Below, in pieces: positions 12,750-25,200 of a stretch of DNA of 64,000 nt. Made by a program: the position numbers and the translations under genes. This DNA comes from Mobula hypostoma (Eukaryota). Each line of letters begins with the position of its first letter. Within the stretch, counting starts at the first letter, position 1. Where the stretch lies: positions 54,066,001 to 54,130,000 of the forward strand of contig NC_086097.1 of the NCBI RefSeq assembly GCF_963921235.1, read 5' to 3'. The notes under the pieces are model-generated. The model did no database searches. It was not told the origin of the DNA and saw only the letters and a program-made list of their open reading frames with translations.

Positions 12750-13850
12750 GCAAACAAAAAACAACTGCTGGAGGAACTCAGCAGTGTCTGTGGAGACACT
12801 GCACTGGGACTGGGAATGTAAAGGGGAGATGAGATGACGGGGAGGGTTGAGGGAGGAGCTGGCAAGCGATTGCTGGTCCATATGAGGAGGATTAGATGAG
12901 TAGATGGAGTCAGCTGGGGGGATGAAGGGTGGAATTAGGTCATTAGGTCAAGCAGTGATGAGGGAGCATCAAGAGGCTGCAGATACTGGAATCTGGTAAG
13001 AAAGGAAGGCGATAAGCGCAGGGATGATGGGCAGGTGCGGAGGAGTTAGGGGAGCCAGTGGGTTGAGTGTGCAGGTGATAAAGAGAAGGACTCAGGTAGT
13101 GGAGTGGAAGGAATTTGGGTAACACAGGGCTGAGGAGAGGGGTTTTAAAAGAAGAGGATCTGTCTGTATCAGGATGAGAAAGAAAGAGACAGAAAAGGTG
13201 TGGGTTACCCGAAACTGGGGAAATCAATATTCATGTCATTGGATAATAGTCTATCCAGGTGGAATAAATGTTCTAGTTTGTATTTGGTCTCACTCTGGCA
13301 GTGGAGGAGGCTGAGATGTGGGAATGGGGAAGGGAAATGGCATTAATCACCAGCTTATTTCCATGCTCATCTCCACCCACCTCACTGCCCGATTACCCAA
13401 TTTTTTCCCCCTTTCCTACTTTGATTTTATCTGCCTGTCACCCACAAACTCAACCCACTGGGTTCTCTTCCCTATCCCTACAGTTCCCATCCATCTGCTA
13501 TCCCTCAGGTTCCACTTATCACCTTCCTTTCTGATCGGATTCCATTAAACCCAGCCCTCAGTTCTCTTCACACTACCTCCCAGGCCCCGTTCCCTTTCCC
13601 ACCAAGCTCCATCTGGCTGTCACTCCCTGCTCATCTCAATGCACGCAGCACCTGCCAGTTCCTGCCTCACCCCGACCCTCACCTCTTTGATGGCTATCTC
13701 CCCTCTACACATTCAGTCCAGATGCAGGATTTCAATCTGAAACATCGACTAACCCTTTGCCTCCACAGATACTGCCTGACCTGCTGAGTTTGTTCAGCAG
13801 TTTGTTTTTTGGCTCCAGATTCCAACATCTGCAGTCTCTTGGGTTTCCAG
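12750..13850. mobile_element. Two Penelope-like 3' segments in inverted arrangement
   Basis: A minus copy (12750-~13345) includes the endonuclease C-terminus. A plus copy (~13350-13850) ends with a hammerhead-like motif (13714-13751) and the GCCTGACCTGCTGAGT...CAGCA terminus. Confidence 0.65.
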
Positions 13851-14309
13851 TTTTCTTCCTTGATCAGACAACTCTTATTTAGGGATAATTTCCACTTCAG
13901 CGATCGGATTTGATGAAGACTTCTGAGACTCTGTAAGGCAATGTTTATCAGTTTGATGACAATTCACTGCATTCAATTTGAATCTGCTTGTTGGCGTGTA
14001 ATTCATTCTTAACCTTGGAGAACATTTGGAGTAATTAAATCAAATTCAATCTAATAGTATGTTCTCCTGGGCTGAAAAAAAAATAGAAATGCTGAAAGAA
14101 CAGCCACTCAAACAGCAATTTTTGGAAAGAGAAACCGGTTAATATTTTGGGTCCTCAGAACTGGTGGGGGGGGGGGAGGGAGTGGAGGGTTTGCATTTTT
14201 CCAAGAAGAGCTGAGGGGTGAATGATGTTTAAGAGAAAGGACCTTGTGGAGAATGATTATTTTTCTGTTGGTTTTTTGGCGATACATCAAAATAACAGAC
14301 CCCTGCCAC

Positions 14310-14500
14310 CCAATTACACTCACATGCCCAATTAACCTATTAACAGCAAGTCTTTGGAAGGTGGGAGGGAACTGAAGCACACAGAGGAAACCCACGTGGT
14401 CACAGGGAGAATGTACAAAGTCCTTACAGACAGCAGTGGGAATTGACCCGGGTGGCTGGTGTTGTAATGGTGTTACACCGATCACCACACCACCATGCCA
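14310..14500 (-). mobile_element. V-SINE (tRNA-derived, HE1-like)
   Basis: tRNA-like head with box B-like GGTCAATTCC and V-domain TTTGTACATTCTCCCTGTG...GTGGGTTTCCTC...CTCCCAC. Confidence 0.75.
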
Positions 14501-14956
14501 TCCCTTAGGTTATGACAGGTGGTAAAGGAGCACGAATGCTGATCATAAGCGAGGCTTTCTATAGAAAGGGTATGGGTCTGATAATGGGAAACGTTGGGGT
14601 GGCAGTTTACCTGAAGTTGGAAAATGTAATGTTCTTTCCCAATGATTGCAGAGGGACATCGTTCCTTTAGTTTACTTTGGGACTCACTGTATGGCAGTTG
14701 AGGAGGCTGCAGACAGGCCAAAATTGGAGTGGAATTGAGAATTAAAATGGCATACTGCAGGAAGCGCAGGATCAGTCCTGCAGATGGAGTGGAGGTACTC
14801 CACAAAACAATCACCCAATCTGTGTTGGGTTTCTCCAGTGCAGAGCTGGGCTCAGTCTGCACACCCGAAGGCAGTAAGCTAGACTGGAAAAAGTGCAAGT
14901 GAATTGCTCCTTCACCTGCAATGATTGTTTGTGTTCCTGGGTGGTGGGAAGAGAAG

Positions 14957-16933
14957 AGAAAAGAGGGTGTTTAGAGATGGAAACAGGGAGGAGCTGAGGG
15001 CAATACAGAGGGACCTGAAAGCCAGGATCAGGGAGACTAAAGACAGGTACAGGAGGAAGCTGGAGTGGAAACTCCAGCAGAACAACATGAGAGAGGTCTG
15101 GAGGGGGATGAGGACCATCACTGGGTTCCAGCAATCTAGTAACAGAGGAGCTGAAGGCAGTGTGGACAGGGCCAATGAACTTAACCTGTTCTTTAACAGA
15201 TTTGACATTGTGGCCCCTGCCCACACATGAGCCATCTGTTGTCAGCCCCCAACCAACACATATTCCACTCTCCCCTCCTACACCTCCTCACAGTCCCCCA
15301 CCCTGCTCTCATGACTATACCCCTTCCCCACATGAAAACACCACGGTGGGCTTCACAGCTGAACAGGTGAGAAGACAGCTGAACAGGTGAGAAGACAGCT
15401 GAATCGTCTCAACTCAAGCAAGGCTGCAGGACCGGATGGTGTCAGTACCAGGGTGTTCAAAGCCTGTGCCCCTCAGCTATGTGGAGTACTTCGCCATGTA
15501 TTCAACCTGAGCCTGAGGCTCCGGAGGGTTCCTGTACTGTGGAAGACATCCTGCCTCGTCCCTGTGCCGAAGACGCCGCGCCCCAGCGGCCTCAATGACT
15601 ACAGACTGGTGGCATTGACCTCCCACATCATGAAGACGCTGGAGAGACTTGTACTGGAGCTGCTCCGGCCTATGGTCAGGCCACACTTAGATCCCCTCCA
15701 GTTTGCCTACCAGCCCCTACTAGGAGTTGAGGATGCCATCGTCTACCTGCTGAACCGTGTCTACGCGCACCTGGACAAGCCAGCGAGCACTGTGAGGGTC
15801 ATGTTTTTTGACTTCTCCAGTGCGTTCAACACCATCCGCCCTGCTCTGCTGGGGGAGAAGCTGACAGCGATGCAGGTGGATGCTTTCCTGGTGTCATGGA
15901 TTCTTGATTACCTGACTGGCAGACCACAGTACGTGTGCTTGCAACACTGTGTGTCCGACAGAGTGATCAGCAGCACTGGGGCTCCACAGGGGACTGTCTT
16001 GTCTCCCTTTCTCTTCACCACTTACACCTCGGACTTCAACTACTGCACAGAGTCTTGTCATCTTCAGAAGTTTTCAGATGACTTTGCCATAGTTGGATGC
16101 ATCAGCAAGGGAGATGAGGCTGAGTACAGGGCTACGGTAGGAAACTTTGTCACATGGTGTGAGCAGAATTATCTGCAGCTTAATGTGAAAAAGACAAAGG
16201 AGCTGGTGGTAGACCTGAGGAGAGCTAAGGTACTGGTGACCCCGGTTTCCATCCAGGGGGTCAGTGTGGACATGGTGGAGGATTACAAATACCTGGGGAG
16301 ACGAATTGACAATAAACTGGACTGGTCAAAGAACACTGAGGCTGTCTACAAGAAGGGTCAGAGCCGTCTCTATTTCCTGAGGAGACTGAGGTCCTTTAAC
16401 AGCTGCCGGACGATGCTGAGGATGTTCTACGAGTCTGTGGTGGCCAGTGCTATCATGTTTGCTGTTGTGTGCTGGGGCAGCAGGCTTAGGGTAGTAGACA
16501 CCAACAGAATCACAAACTCATTCGTAAGGCCAGTGATGTTGTGGGGATGGAACTGGACTCTCTCACAGTGGTGTCTGAAAAGAGGATGCTGTCTAAGTTG
16601 CATGCCATCTTGGTCAATGTCTCCCATCCACTACATAATGTACTGGTTAGGCACAGGAGTACATTCAGCCAGAGACTCATCCCACTGAGATGCAACACAG
16701 AGCGTCATAGGAAGTCATTCCTGCCTGTGGCCATCAAACTTTACAACTCCTCCCTTGGAGGGTCAGACACCCTGAGTCAATAGGCTGGTCCTGGATTTAT
16801 TTCATAATTTACTGGCATAACTTACATATTACTATTTAACTATTTATGGTTCTATTACTATTTATTATTTATGGAGCAACTGTAACGAAAACCAATTTCC
16901 CCCGGGATCAATAAAGGATGACTATGACTATGA
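14957..16933 (+). mobile_element. Young Rex1/Babar LINE, 5'-truncated, with a 433-aa RT ORF
   Basis: ORF 15387..16688 has KAAGPDG, DPLQFAY, FFDFSSAFNTI, GAPQGTVLSP and FSDD. A 20-bp tandem duplication at ~15356-15400 shifts the frame. AATAAA plus (ATGACT)n tail. Confidence 0.95.
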
Positions 16934-17134
16934 TAAGGTGCTGCATCTCCTCCAGGTGCTAGAGAATGTGCCATGCAAAGGAAGAGAGTAACAGGCAGGG
17001 AAGGAAGAACAGACTAGCCGTGAAGCAAATGGTCCCTGCGAAAAGCAGGAAAAGTGCAGAGGGGTAGATGTGTCTGGTAGTGGAATCATGTTGGAGTTAA
17101 TGGAAAATGCAAAAGATCCTTAAGAAATCCATAT

Positions 17135-17255
17135 CCACAGAGGTTCTGCAGATGCTGGAAATCCAGAGCAACACACGCAAAATGCTGGAGGAACTCAGCA
17201 TCTATGGAAATGAGTAAATAGTCAACATTCTGAGCTGAGACCCTTCATCAATACT
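17135..17255 (-). mobile_element. Penelope-like terminal fragment with hammerhead-like motif
   Basis: Minus strand: TTGATGAAGGGTCTCAGCTCAGAATGTTGACT...GATGCTGAGTTCCTCCAGCATTTTG. Confidence 0.7.
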
Positions 17256-18239
17256 TAAATAATCCATATTTTGATTCTATGATTAATATTCATGATAGGC
17301 TATTTTGCAGCTTGTCAATGTAAAGTTCTCTAAATGGAGCCTGTGAGCTTTTTCTGACATTTGCATGTCTTGTAAGTATCCTTAAGTATGCTGACTTCCT
17401 CTTTTATATTTTGTTTTGCAAAGATTTTCAAACCAAAGAAATTTCAGTGTTATTTGACACAGTTCCATTGCATGGGGTAAAACCCACAAAAAAGAGTGTG
17501 GTGCCCAGGAAAAAGATATTGTTTCAGATCAATGTAAATCTAAGCAATTATGACAGGACTAACACAGCACCTATTCTTTCTTCATTATTTCTGAAATTTC
17601 TTGCTTTTGTAGTTAGTATTGTTCACTCATTTTAGGGGGCAGTAGATGAAATTTATACATTTTATAAATAGCTAAATATTAATAAGCTTATTTGGTAAAT
17701 GTACATTTAAGAGAACGGCTAAAATCTAAGATTTTATTAGATTAGCACTTCTGTTTCCTATTCAACTTAAAGTACATAAGAAAATTAAGATTTGAAAAAC
17801 CTCAGGAGGATTATGATTAAATAAAATTAATTTTTTTACTCTGAACTCCATAGGTAGATCGACAACTCAACTGCTGTCTTAGAGTGGGTCAATCTACAGG
17901 CAAAGCAAACTGCTCCTGTAAATTGTGACTCTGCCCACCAGGTTCTGTGCATTTGACACTCCACATGTTTGGAAATCAAATATTGTGATCATTTTGAGTT
18001 AGCGTGTTAGTCAGGAGCAAGTAGCGAGCCAAAGAAAACGGACGAGGCGGATGCAACAGGCAGATGCTTCAGGCAGGGAAAGGAGAATGTGGCCGTAGAC
18101 TTCCAATACAGTATGTATTTCTAAATTCAGCTGGGATTTTGTGGTTTGTACTGGATTTTATCTTCTTAGAGAAACATCTTTTCTGGCAGGTCGTGAATTC
18201 TTGCTTTGAAATTGGAGATTTTATTATATTTTGTTTTAT

Positions 18240-18492
18240 TTAGCTATACAGTGTGGAGTTGGCCCCTCCGGCCCTTCAAGCCATGCTGCCCCAATCAACC
18301 AATGACTAACTAACCTACCCTGTACGTCTTTGTACTGTGGATAGAAACTGGACGACCCAGAAGAAACCCACGAATTCCACAGGGACGATGGACAGAGACT
18401 CCTCAAGGGACAGTGCCAGAATTGAACTCTGAACTCTGGAATGCCCCAAATTATAATTGCTTCGTGCTAACTGCTACCTTGTCGTGGCACCC
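18240..18492 (-). mobile_element. V-SINE-like element
   Basis: Minus strand has a tRNA-like head (GAGTTCAATTCT), a V-domain (GTGGGTTTCTTCTGGG...CCAGTTTC) and a CR1-like 3' end. Confidence 0.6.
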
Positions 18493-18573
18493 AAAAAGTT
18501 TTGAACATTTTCTGTCGATGTGTTCATGCGATGTAAATTGTGGGCAATGCCACCAATTTCCATGTCTTAAAGC

Positions 18574-21500
18574 CATAGAGTCATAAAATACTACAGTCCA
18601 GAAACAGACCGTTCAGCCCATCTAACCTCTGCTGAACCAGTAATCTGCCTAGTCCCATTGACCTGCACCTGGACGATAGCCCCACAGACACCTCCCATCC
18701 ATGTACCTATCCAATTTTCTCTTAAGGTGTTGAAATTGAAGCCGCAGCCACCACTTGCGCTGGCAGCTTGTTCCACACGCTTACCACCCTCTGAGTGAAG
18801 AAATTCCTCCCCATGTTCCCCTTAAACATTTCACCTTTTCACCCTTAACCCATGACCTCTAGTTGTAGTCTCACCCAATCTCAGTGGAAAAAGCCTGCTT
18901 GTATTTACACTATCTATACCCCTCATAATTTTGCATACCTTTATCAAATCTCCCTTCAATCTTCTATGTTCCAGGGAATAAAGTTATAATAAAGTCCCAA
19001 TAACTCAGATAATCAAGACTCGGCAACATCCTTGTAAATTTTCTCTGCACTCTTCCAATCTTATTTACATCTTTCCTGTAGGTAGCTGGCCAAAACTGCA
19101 CACTATACTCCAAATTAGGCCTCACCAAAATCTTATACAATTTCAACATAACATCCCAACTCCTGTACTCAACACATTGATTAATGAATGTCAATGTTCC
19201 AAAAGCTCTCATTATGATCCTATCACCCTGTGACGCCACTTTCAATGAATTATGAATCTGTATTCCCAAATCCCTCTGTTCTACTGCACTCCTCAGTGCT
19301 TTACCACTTACCGTGTAAGACCTATCCTGGTTAGTCCTCCCAAAGTGCAAGACCTCTCACTTGTCTGCCTTAAATTCTATCTATGATTTTTTAGCCTATT
19401 TTTCCAGCTGGCCCAGATCCTGCTGCAATTTTTGATAGTCTTCCTCGCTGTCCACCATACCCCCAAACTTGGTGTCATCTGCAAGTTTGCAGGTCCAGAT
19501 TACCACATTATCATCCAGATTACTGACATAGATGACAAACAACAACGGGCCCAATGCTAATCCCTGTAGCACACCACTAGTCACAGGCCTCCAGTCAGAG
19601 AGGCAACTACTACTAACACTCTCTGGCTTCTCCCACAAAGCCAATGTCTAATCCAATTTACTACCTCATCTTGAATGCCGAGCAACTGAAGCTTCTTGAC
19701 CAACTTCCCATGCAGGACCTTGTCAAATGCCTTGCGGAAGTTCATGTAAACAACATCAACTGCCTTGCCTTTATAAATTTTCATGGTAACTTCCTCGAAA
19801 AACTCTAAAATTGGTAGGACAAGATTTACCATGCACAAAGCCATGTTGACTATCCCTAATTTGTCCCTGCCTTTCCAAATACTTAGATGTTCAGTCCCTT
19901 AAAATAATTTCCAACAACGTTCTCACTACTGATGTCAGGCTCACCAGCCTAATTTCCTGGTTTATTCCTAGAGCCTTTCTTAAACAATGGAACAACATTA
20001 GCTATCCTCCAGTCCTCTGACAACTCACCCGTGGCTATGGATGTTTTAAATATCACTGTTAGTTCCCTGACAATTTCTGCACTAGCCTCCCACAAGAACA
20101 CCTTGTCAGACCCTGAGGATATATCCACCCTAATTTGCCTCTAGACAGCAAACACACCCACCCTCCTCTGTAATCTGTACAGGGTCCATGAGCTCACTGC
20201 TGCATTGCCTCATATCTGTAGACTCTGCATCTGTCTCCTGAGTAAATACAGATGCAAAACATCCGTTTATGATTTCCCCCATCTCTTTCTAATCCACACA
20301 TAGATTTCCATTCTGATCTTCCAGAGGACCAATTTTGTACCTTGCTGTCTTTTTGGCCTTAATATATCTGTAGAAGTCCTTAGGATTCTCCTTCACCTTG
20401 TCTGCTAGAGCAACCTCATACCTTCTATTAGCCATTTGCTCCTTCCTGCCTATACTTGCTATGTACCTCCTTCTTTTTCTCAATGAGGGCCTCGATATCT
20501 CTGAAAAAGCAAGGTTCCCTTAACCTGTTATCCTTGCCTTTTACTCTGACAGGCACATACAGGCTTTGTACTCTCAAAGTTTCACTTCTGAAGGTCTCCC
20601 ACTTACCAAGTACACTTTTACCAGAAAACACCCTGTCCCAATCCACACTCGCCAGATCCTTTCTGATATCATCAAAATTGTCCTTTCTTTTTAGAATCTC
20701 AACCTGAGGACCAGAGCTATTCTTTCCCATCATTACCTTGAAACAAATGGCATTGTGATCACTGCACGCAAAGTGTTCCCCTTCACAAACTTCTGTCACC
20801 TGCCCTGTCTCTTTCCCTCATAGGATTCCACTCTCTGTAGTTGGGACCTCTTTGTATTGATTAAGGAAGCTTTCCTGTACACATTTGGCAAACTCTTTCC
20901 CATCCACCCCTTTTACAGTATGGGAGTCAGAGACAATATGTGTAAAGTTAAAATCACTGACTATCCCAACCCTTTTCTCTTGCAACAGTCTGTGATCTTT
21001 CTACAAATTTGTTCCTCTAAATCTCACGGACTGTTGTGTTGTCAATAATATAGTTCCCTTAAAGTGGTCATACCTATCTTGTTCCTCAGTTCTACCCATG
21101 TAGCCTCACTAGACGAGCTCTACAGTTTGTCCTGACTGACAGCGCCGTGACATTTTCTCTAATGAGTAATGCGACCGCTCCCTCTTTAATCTCTCCTGCT
21201 CTATCACCCCTAAAACAACAGAACCCCAGAACATTGAGCTGCCAGTCCTGTCCCTCCTGCAGCCAAGTCTCTCACTAATGGCTACAATGTTATAACTCCT
21301 CATGCTTATCCATGCCCTAAGCTCATCTACCTTCCCTACAATACTCCTTGCATTGAAATATATGTAGCCCCACCATGCTCGACCATTTGATTCCTGATTT
21401 TTTATGTAGGCTTAACAACATCGTTCTCCACAACTCCTCCACCCTCTGTTCTGGTGCTCTCTTTCTCTTCCCCCTGCAACTCTAGTTTCAATGCCACCCC

Positions 21501-21680
21501 TGTCGTGCAGCACTAGCAAACATTTCCACTAGGATATTGGTCTCTCTGCAGTTCAAGGGCAAACCATCCTTTTTGTACGGGTCCCACCTGCCCTAGAAGA
21601 GCGCCCAATGATCCAAAAATCTAAAGCCCTCCCTCCTGCACCAACTCCTTAACCACATGTTAAACTCTATAATCGTCCTA
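18574..21680 (-). mobile_element. Decayed CR1 LINE (ORF1 end, APE endonuclease, RT, 3' UTR)
   Basis: Minus ORFs contain SDHNAI, VDVVYMNFRKAFDKV, VTSGVLQG, LADDTK and LVRPNLEYSVQFW, with many disruptions. Confidence 0.93.
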
Positions 21681-21699
21681 TTTCTGTCTGAATGGATGT

Positions 21700-22050
21700 G
21701 GAACCATCAATTCCACCATCAAGCCAAGGCTGTACCATTCTCAAAATGCTCAGCTGTAACCCATCAGCTCTTCTGAAATAATATCTCTCAAATCCATTAC
21801 CTCTAACACCTAACAAGATTGCTTTCATGCTCCCTTGTATATCACATACCATTCTGATTCAGAAACATATCACTTTTTCATTAACACAGGATGAAAACCC
21901 TTTGATTTCCTACCATACAACTTGTGTCAATACCTTCATCCTTAGGAATTCAGCAGTTCAAGATGGAAGCTCAGCATCGCGACTCACAAAGCATTTTGAG
22001 GCGGGCAACAAATTGGCCTTGCCATCCCCTGAGCAGATAAAAGTAAGCTA
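21700..22050 (+). mobile_element. Old LINE 3' remnant (probably the family of 46570-49900)
   Basis: Decayed match to a common elasmobranch CR1/L2-group 3' region that I recall (CAGCAGTTCAAGATGGAAGCTCA...GGGCAACAAATTGGCCTTGCCA). Confidence 0.4.
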
Positions 22051-22159
22051 AGTTACTGGTACCTGTAGTCAATTCCAACTTAGCATGGGAGAAGAACCTG
22101 GCTATTTCTTACATAGTCCTGGTGAAAGAATATTAACTGGAGTACTAACGTAGACAAAT

Positions 22160-22530
22160 TGAAAATAGGAGCTGGAGAAGGCCAGTCAATGCCATGAGCG
22201 TTCTCTACCAGTCAATGTAGAGTGGCACAGGAGCAGGCCCTGCAGCTCATTATTTCTGCACTGGGCCTGATGCCAATCTAAACTAATTCCATCTGCCTGC
22301 ATAAGGTCCATATCCCTCTATTGCTTGCCAATCTGTGTCTGTTGAAATGCTTCTTCAATGTTGCTATCATCTCTGTTTCTACCACTTCCTCTGGCAGCAT
22401 GTTTGAGAAACTGAGCAACTTTGTGGTAAAGCTCTTTTGCACCTCCTCCAAAGCCTCTACATCCTTCCTGAAATGTGATGACCAAAACTGCACACAGGAC
22501 TCCAAATGTGGCCTAACTAAAGTTTGATGT
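22160..22530 (-). mobile_element. CR1 fragments
   Basis: ORF 22278..22547 contains LVRPHLESCVQFWSSHFRKDVEALE. Confidence 0.8.
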
Positions 22531-23040
22531 GGTTGGAATAGGATCATGACTGATCCTCTACCTGTACCATAATTCGGCTCTATATCCAGATCCCTTGCCT
22601 ATCTATCTGCTTCCAAAACTGCTGCCCAATCTTCTGCGTATTTCCACATTTCTAATATTTATTTTAGAATTCCTTCATCTGCAGTATTCTTCATTGTTAT
22701 CTTTTATTTCAACACTGCCTTCATACTTCCTTGCAAGTTGCATGCCATTTTGTCTCAGAAATATATCTGATTTTTTTTTATCAATACTGGATCAAAATCC
22801 TGCAAGTTCCCATCAAACAGACTTATGTCACTACCTTCGGAATGACTGCACTTTGTCTGTCAATAGTAAAGAAATCTGTAGCCAAGTGTGCGTGTTCTGA
22901 TTTTTTAGTCTTCTAAAGACAATAATCAGCAATTAGTGTGGGAAAATAGGTCTGAAATCTGCTCATGTGCAGTTACCCCAGATCTGTACAACTAACAAAC
23001 TTTGAAAGGTCAATGTGATCAATATGAGGTCATGTATTTT

Positions 23041-23066
23041 ACACACACACAGACACACACACACAC

Positions 23067-23121
<55 letters not shown>

Positions 23122-23124
23122 CTC
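23041..23124. repeat. Compound (AC)n(TC)n microsatellite
   Basis: Directly visible. Confidence 0.97.
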
Positions 23125-24059
23125 TTCAAGGGTTGAGAGCAAGCTTACAAACCTGGTTAAACTTTTTGATGATCTTTTATCAATGTTAATTAAGCCAGTC
23201 TCCATGGTGAACCATAACCTTGTCCTTATGAGATCTAGCAACATATTAAATCGCTGTCCTGACTCCTATTATGCCAATGCCCTTGTATGAGGGTGGGGTT
23301 CTCCTTCATAATGCCCTCATAGAAACTCTGACTTCAGGACAGTAATTCATATATCCAAGGCAGGCTTTGTTCCCAGCGCATTCTTGCTAAGCTTATAGCA
23401 AGAGTGTGCCAGAAATGCTCTAAACATTTGGCCTCAACATATAAAGCTGTACTAAAGAAATTAAGTACAGAATAAAAAGCTATTTCCTTAGATCACAAAA
23501 ACAGATAAAGACGACCATTCGGGCCTGCTTTGTTCATTCATCCAAAAACATACTTGAAGTCTTTCAATCAGAGTATCCGCTGCACTTAAAAAAAAATCTC
23601 AAGACGTTAGATCCACAACCCAAACCAGAATCCCAACTCACGTGCTAAACCCATCTAATATTACAGTCAAGAAAGGAAATGTTAGCTCTATTATGCTAGC
23701 TCTTTGCTAGAACAACCGAGGTATTCTAGTATCCTGTTTGCCTGCCATGTCCTTAGGTAATTTTAACTGATATAACCAATGGGATATTGATATGATGGGA
23801 CCGTAATGCCCTGGCCCTTTTTCATCCATTCTCACTTTGCTGCCCAGTGGGATATGTTAAACTCACTTCAGTAGTTTACTCATTCTCAGAAAGACAAGAG
23901 ATTCTGCAGATGCTGCAAGTGCAGAGTAACACTTACAATGCTTGGAACTTAGCTGGTCAGACAGTATCTATCCATTGATGTTTCTTGACCACCTGATTCC
24001 TCCAGCATTGTGTGTGTTATTCATTCTCAAATTCCTTTCTATATTTCCCCAAATAGGTC

Positions 24060-24462
24060 TAACAAGAGTCTGGTTGATTCAAGGCGACGGGCCCAGGCCC
24101 AGGCCCGGAGCATATTGTAGCAGTAAGCTCAATTCCAAGAGTGAGGAACAACCCGGGGTGAGGGATGGGCCAGTTCAGCTCACTGCTCCATGAGGATTAG
24201 TCATCTCTGCGCTGAACTGGGGCTGTGGCCTGCAACTGAGGGGCTCCTGAATCGGCTGCAGTGATGGCTGGCTTCGTGGCTGCGGACTCACTTTCGGAAC
24301 TTCAGTTCTGAATGCTATTTGCTTACTTTTATTGTCTGAATTTTTTTCTACACAACCTTTTTTTAATGGGTTTCTTTATTTTGTGGCTGCCCGTGAGGAG
24401 ACGAATCTCAAGGTTGTATACAGTATACATACTTTGATAATAAATGTCCTTTGAACTTTGAA
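24060..24462 (+). mobile_element. Non-coding element with a Rex1-like 3' tail
   Basis: GC-richer body ending GAATCTCAAGGTTGTATAC...TTTGATAATAAATGTCCTTTGAACTTTGAA. Confidence 0.55.
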
Positions 24463-24499
24463 GTCTCAATGTTGAAGCAGAGTGCAGCATGGAGATCGA

Positions 24500-25200
24500 G
24501 AGCCCAGTCACATGTTGTCATGACAACAATCTTTCCTTCAATGCCAGCAAAACAAAAGAGATGGTCATTGACTACAGGACGGGGGACATATTTACATCAT
24601 TGAAAGGACTGAAAGCTTCAAGTTGCTGGGAGTGAACATCACCAACAGCTTGTCTTGTCCAACAACAGTGAAGCTATGGTGATGAAAATTCATCCAATAC
24701 CTTGACTTCCTCAGGAGGCTGAAGTAACTTGGCTTGCCTTCTTTCAAACTCACCAATAGGAAGCATCCTATCCAGATGCATCATGGTTTGGCATGACAAC
24801 TGTTCTGTCCAAGACCTCAGGAGACTGTGGACACAGTTCTGTCTACAAATCTTGCTGCTTCAGTAAAGCAGCCAACATAACCAAAGACTCCACCCACCCC
24901 AGACATCCTCTTCAGCAGACGATAAAAAAAAAGCCAGAAAGCATGTTCCACCAAGCTCAAGGAAAGCTCATATCCCACTGTTATAAGACCATTGAATGAT
25001 CTCCTGGTGTAAGGATGGACTACTGACTTCACATTCTACCTTGGTACAGCCTTACAGATTATTGTTTGCCTGGACTGCACTTTATCTGTAGCTGTAGCGC
25101 TCTATTCTGTATTGTGTTATTGTTTTCCTTTGTACCAATGCGGATGGCATGCAAAGCAACGTTTTTCACTGTACCTGTGACAATAATAAACCAATTTTCC
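24500..25200 (+). mobile_element. Decayed Rex1/Babar LINE 3' part
   Basis: SKTKEMVIDYR, FKLLGVNIT and KAANITKDSTHP motifs; AATAAA near 25185. Confidence 0.8.

Larger units (their letters stand above)
14085..17115 (-). mobile_element. Penelope-like element remnant split by a V-SINE and a Rex1 insertion
   Basis: The minus strand near 14810-14950 gives QVKEQFTCTFSSLAYC (decayed GIY-YIG region). Homology resumes after the Rex1 tail at ~16934-17115. Confidence 0.6.

Noticed and set aside
17854..18110. Candidate coding exon
   Set aside because: Splice-like signals are present, but the frames are interrupted by stops and no protein is recognisable.
22963..23290. ER-repeat and SL-repeat ORFs
   Set aside because: Translations of the (AC)n(TC)n microsatellite.
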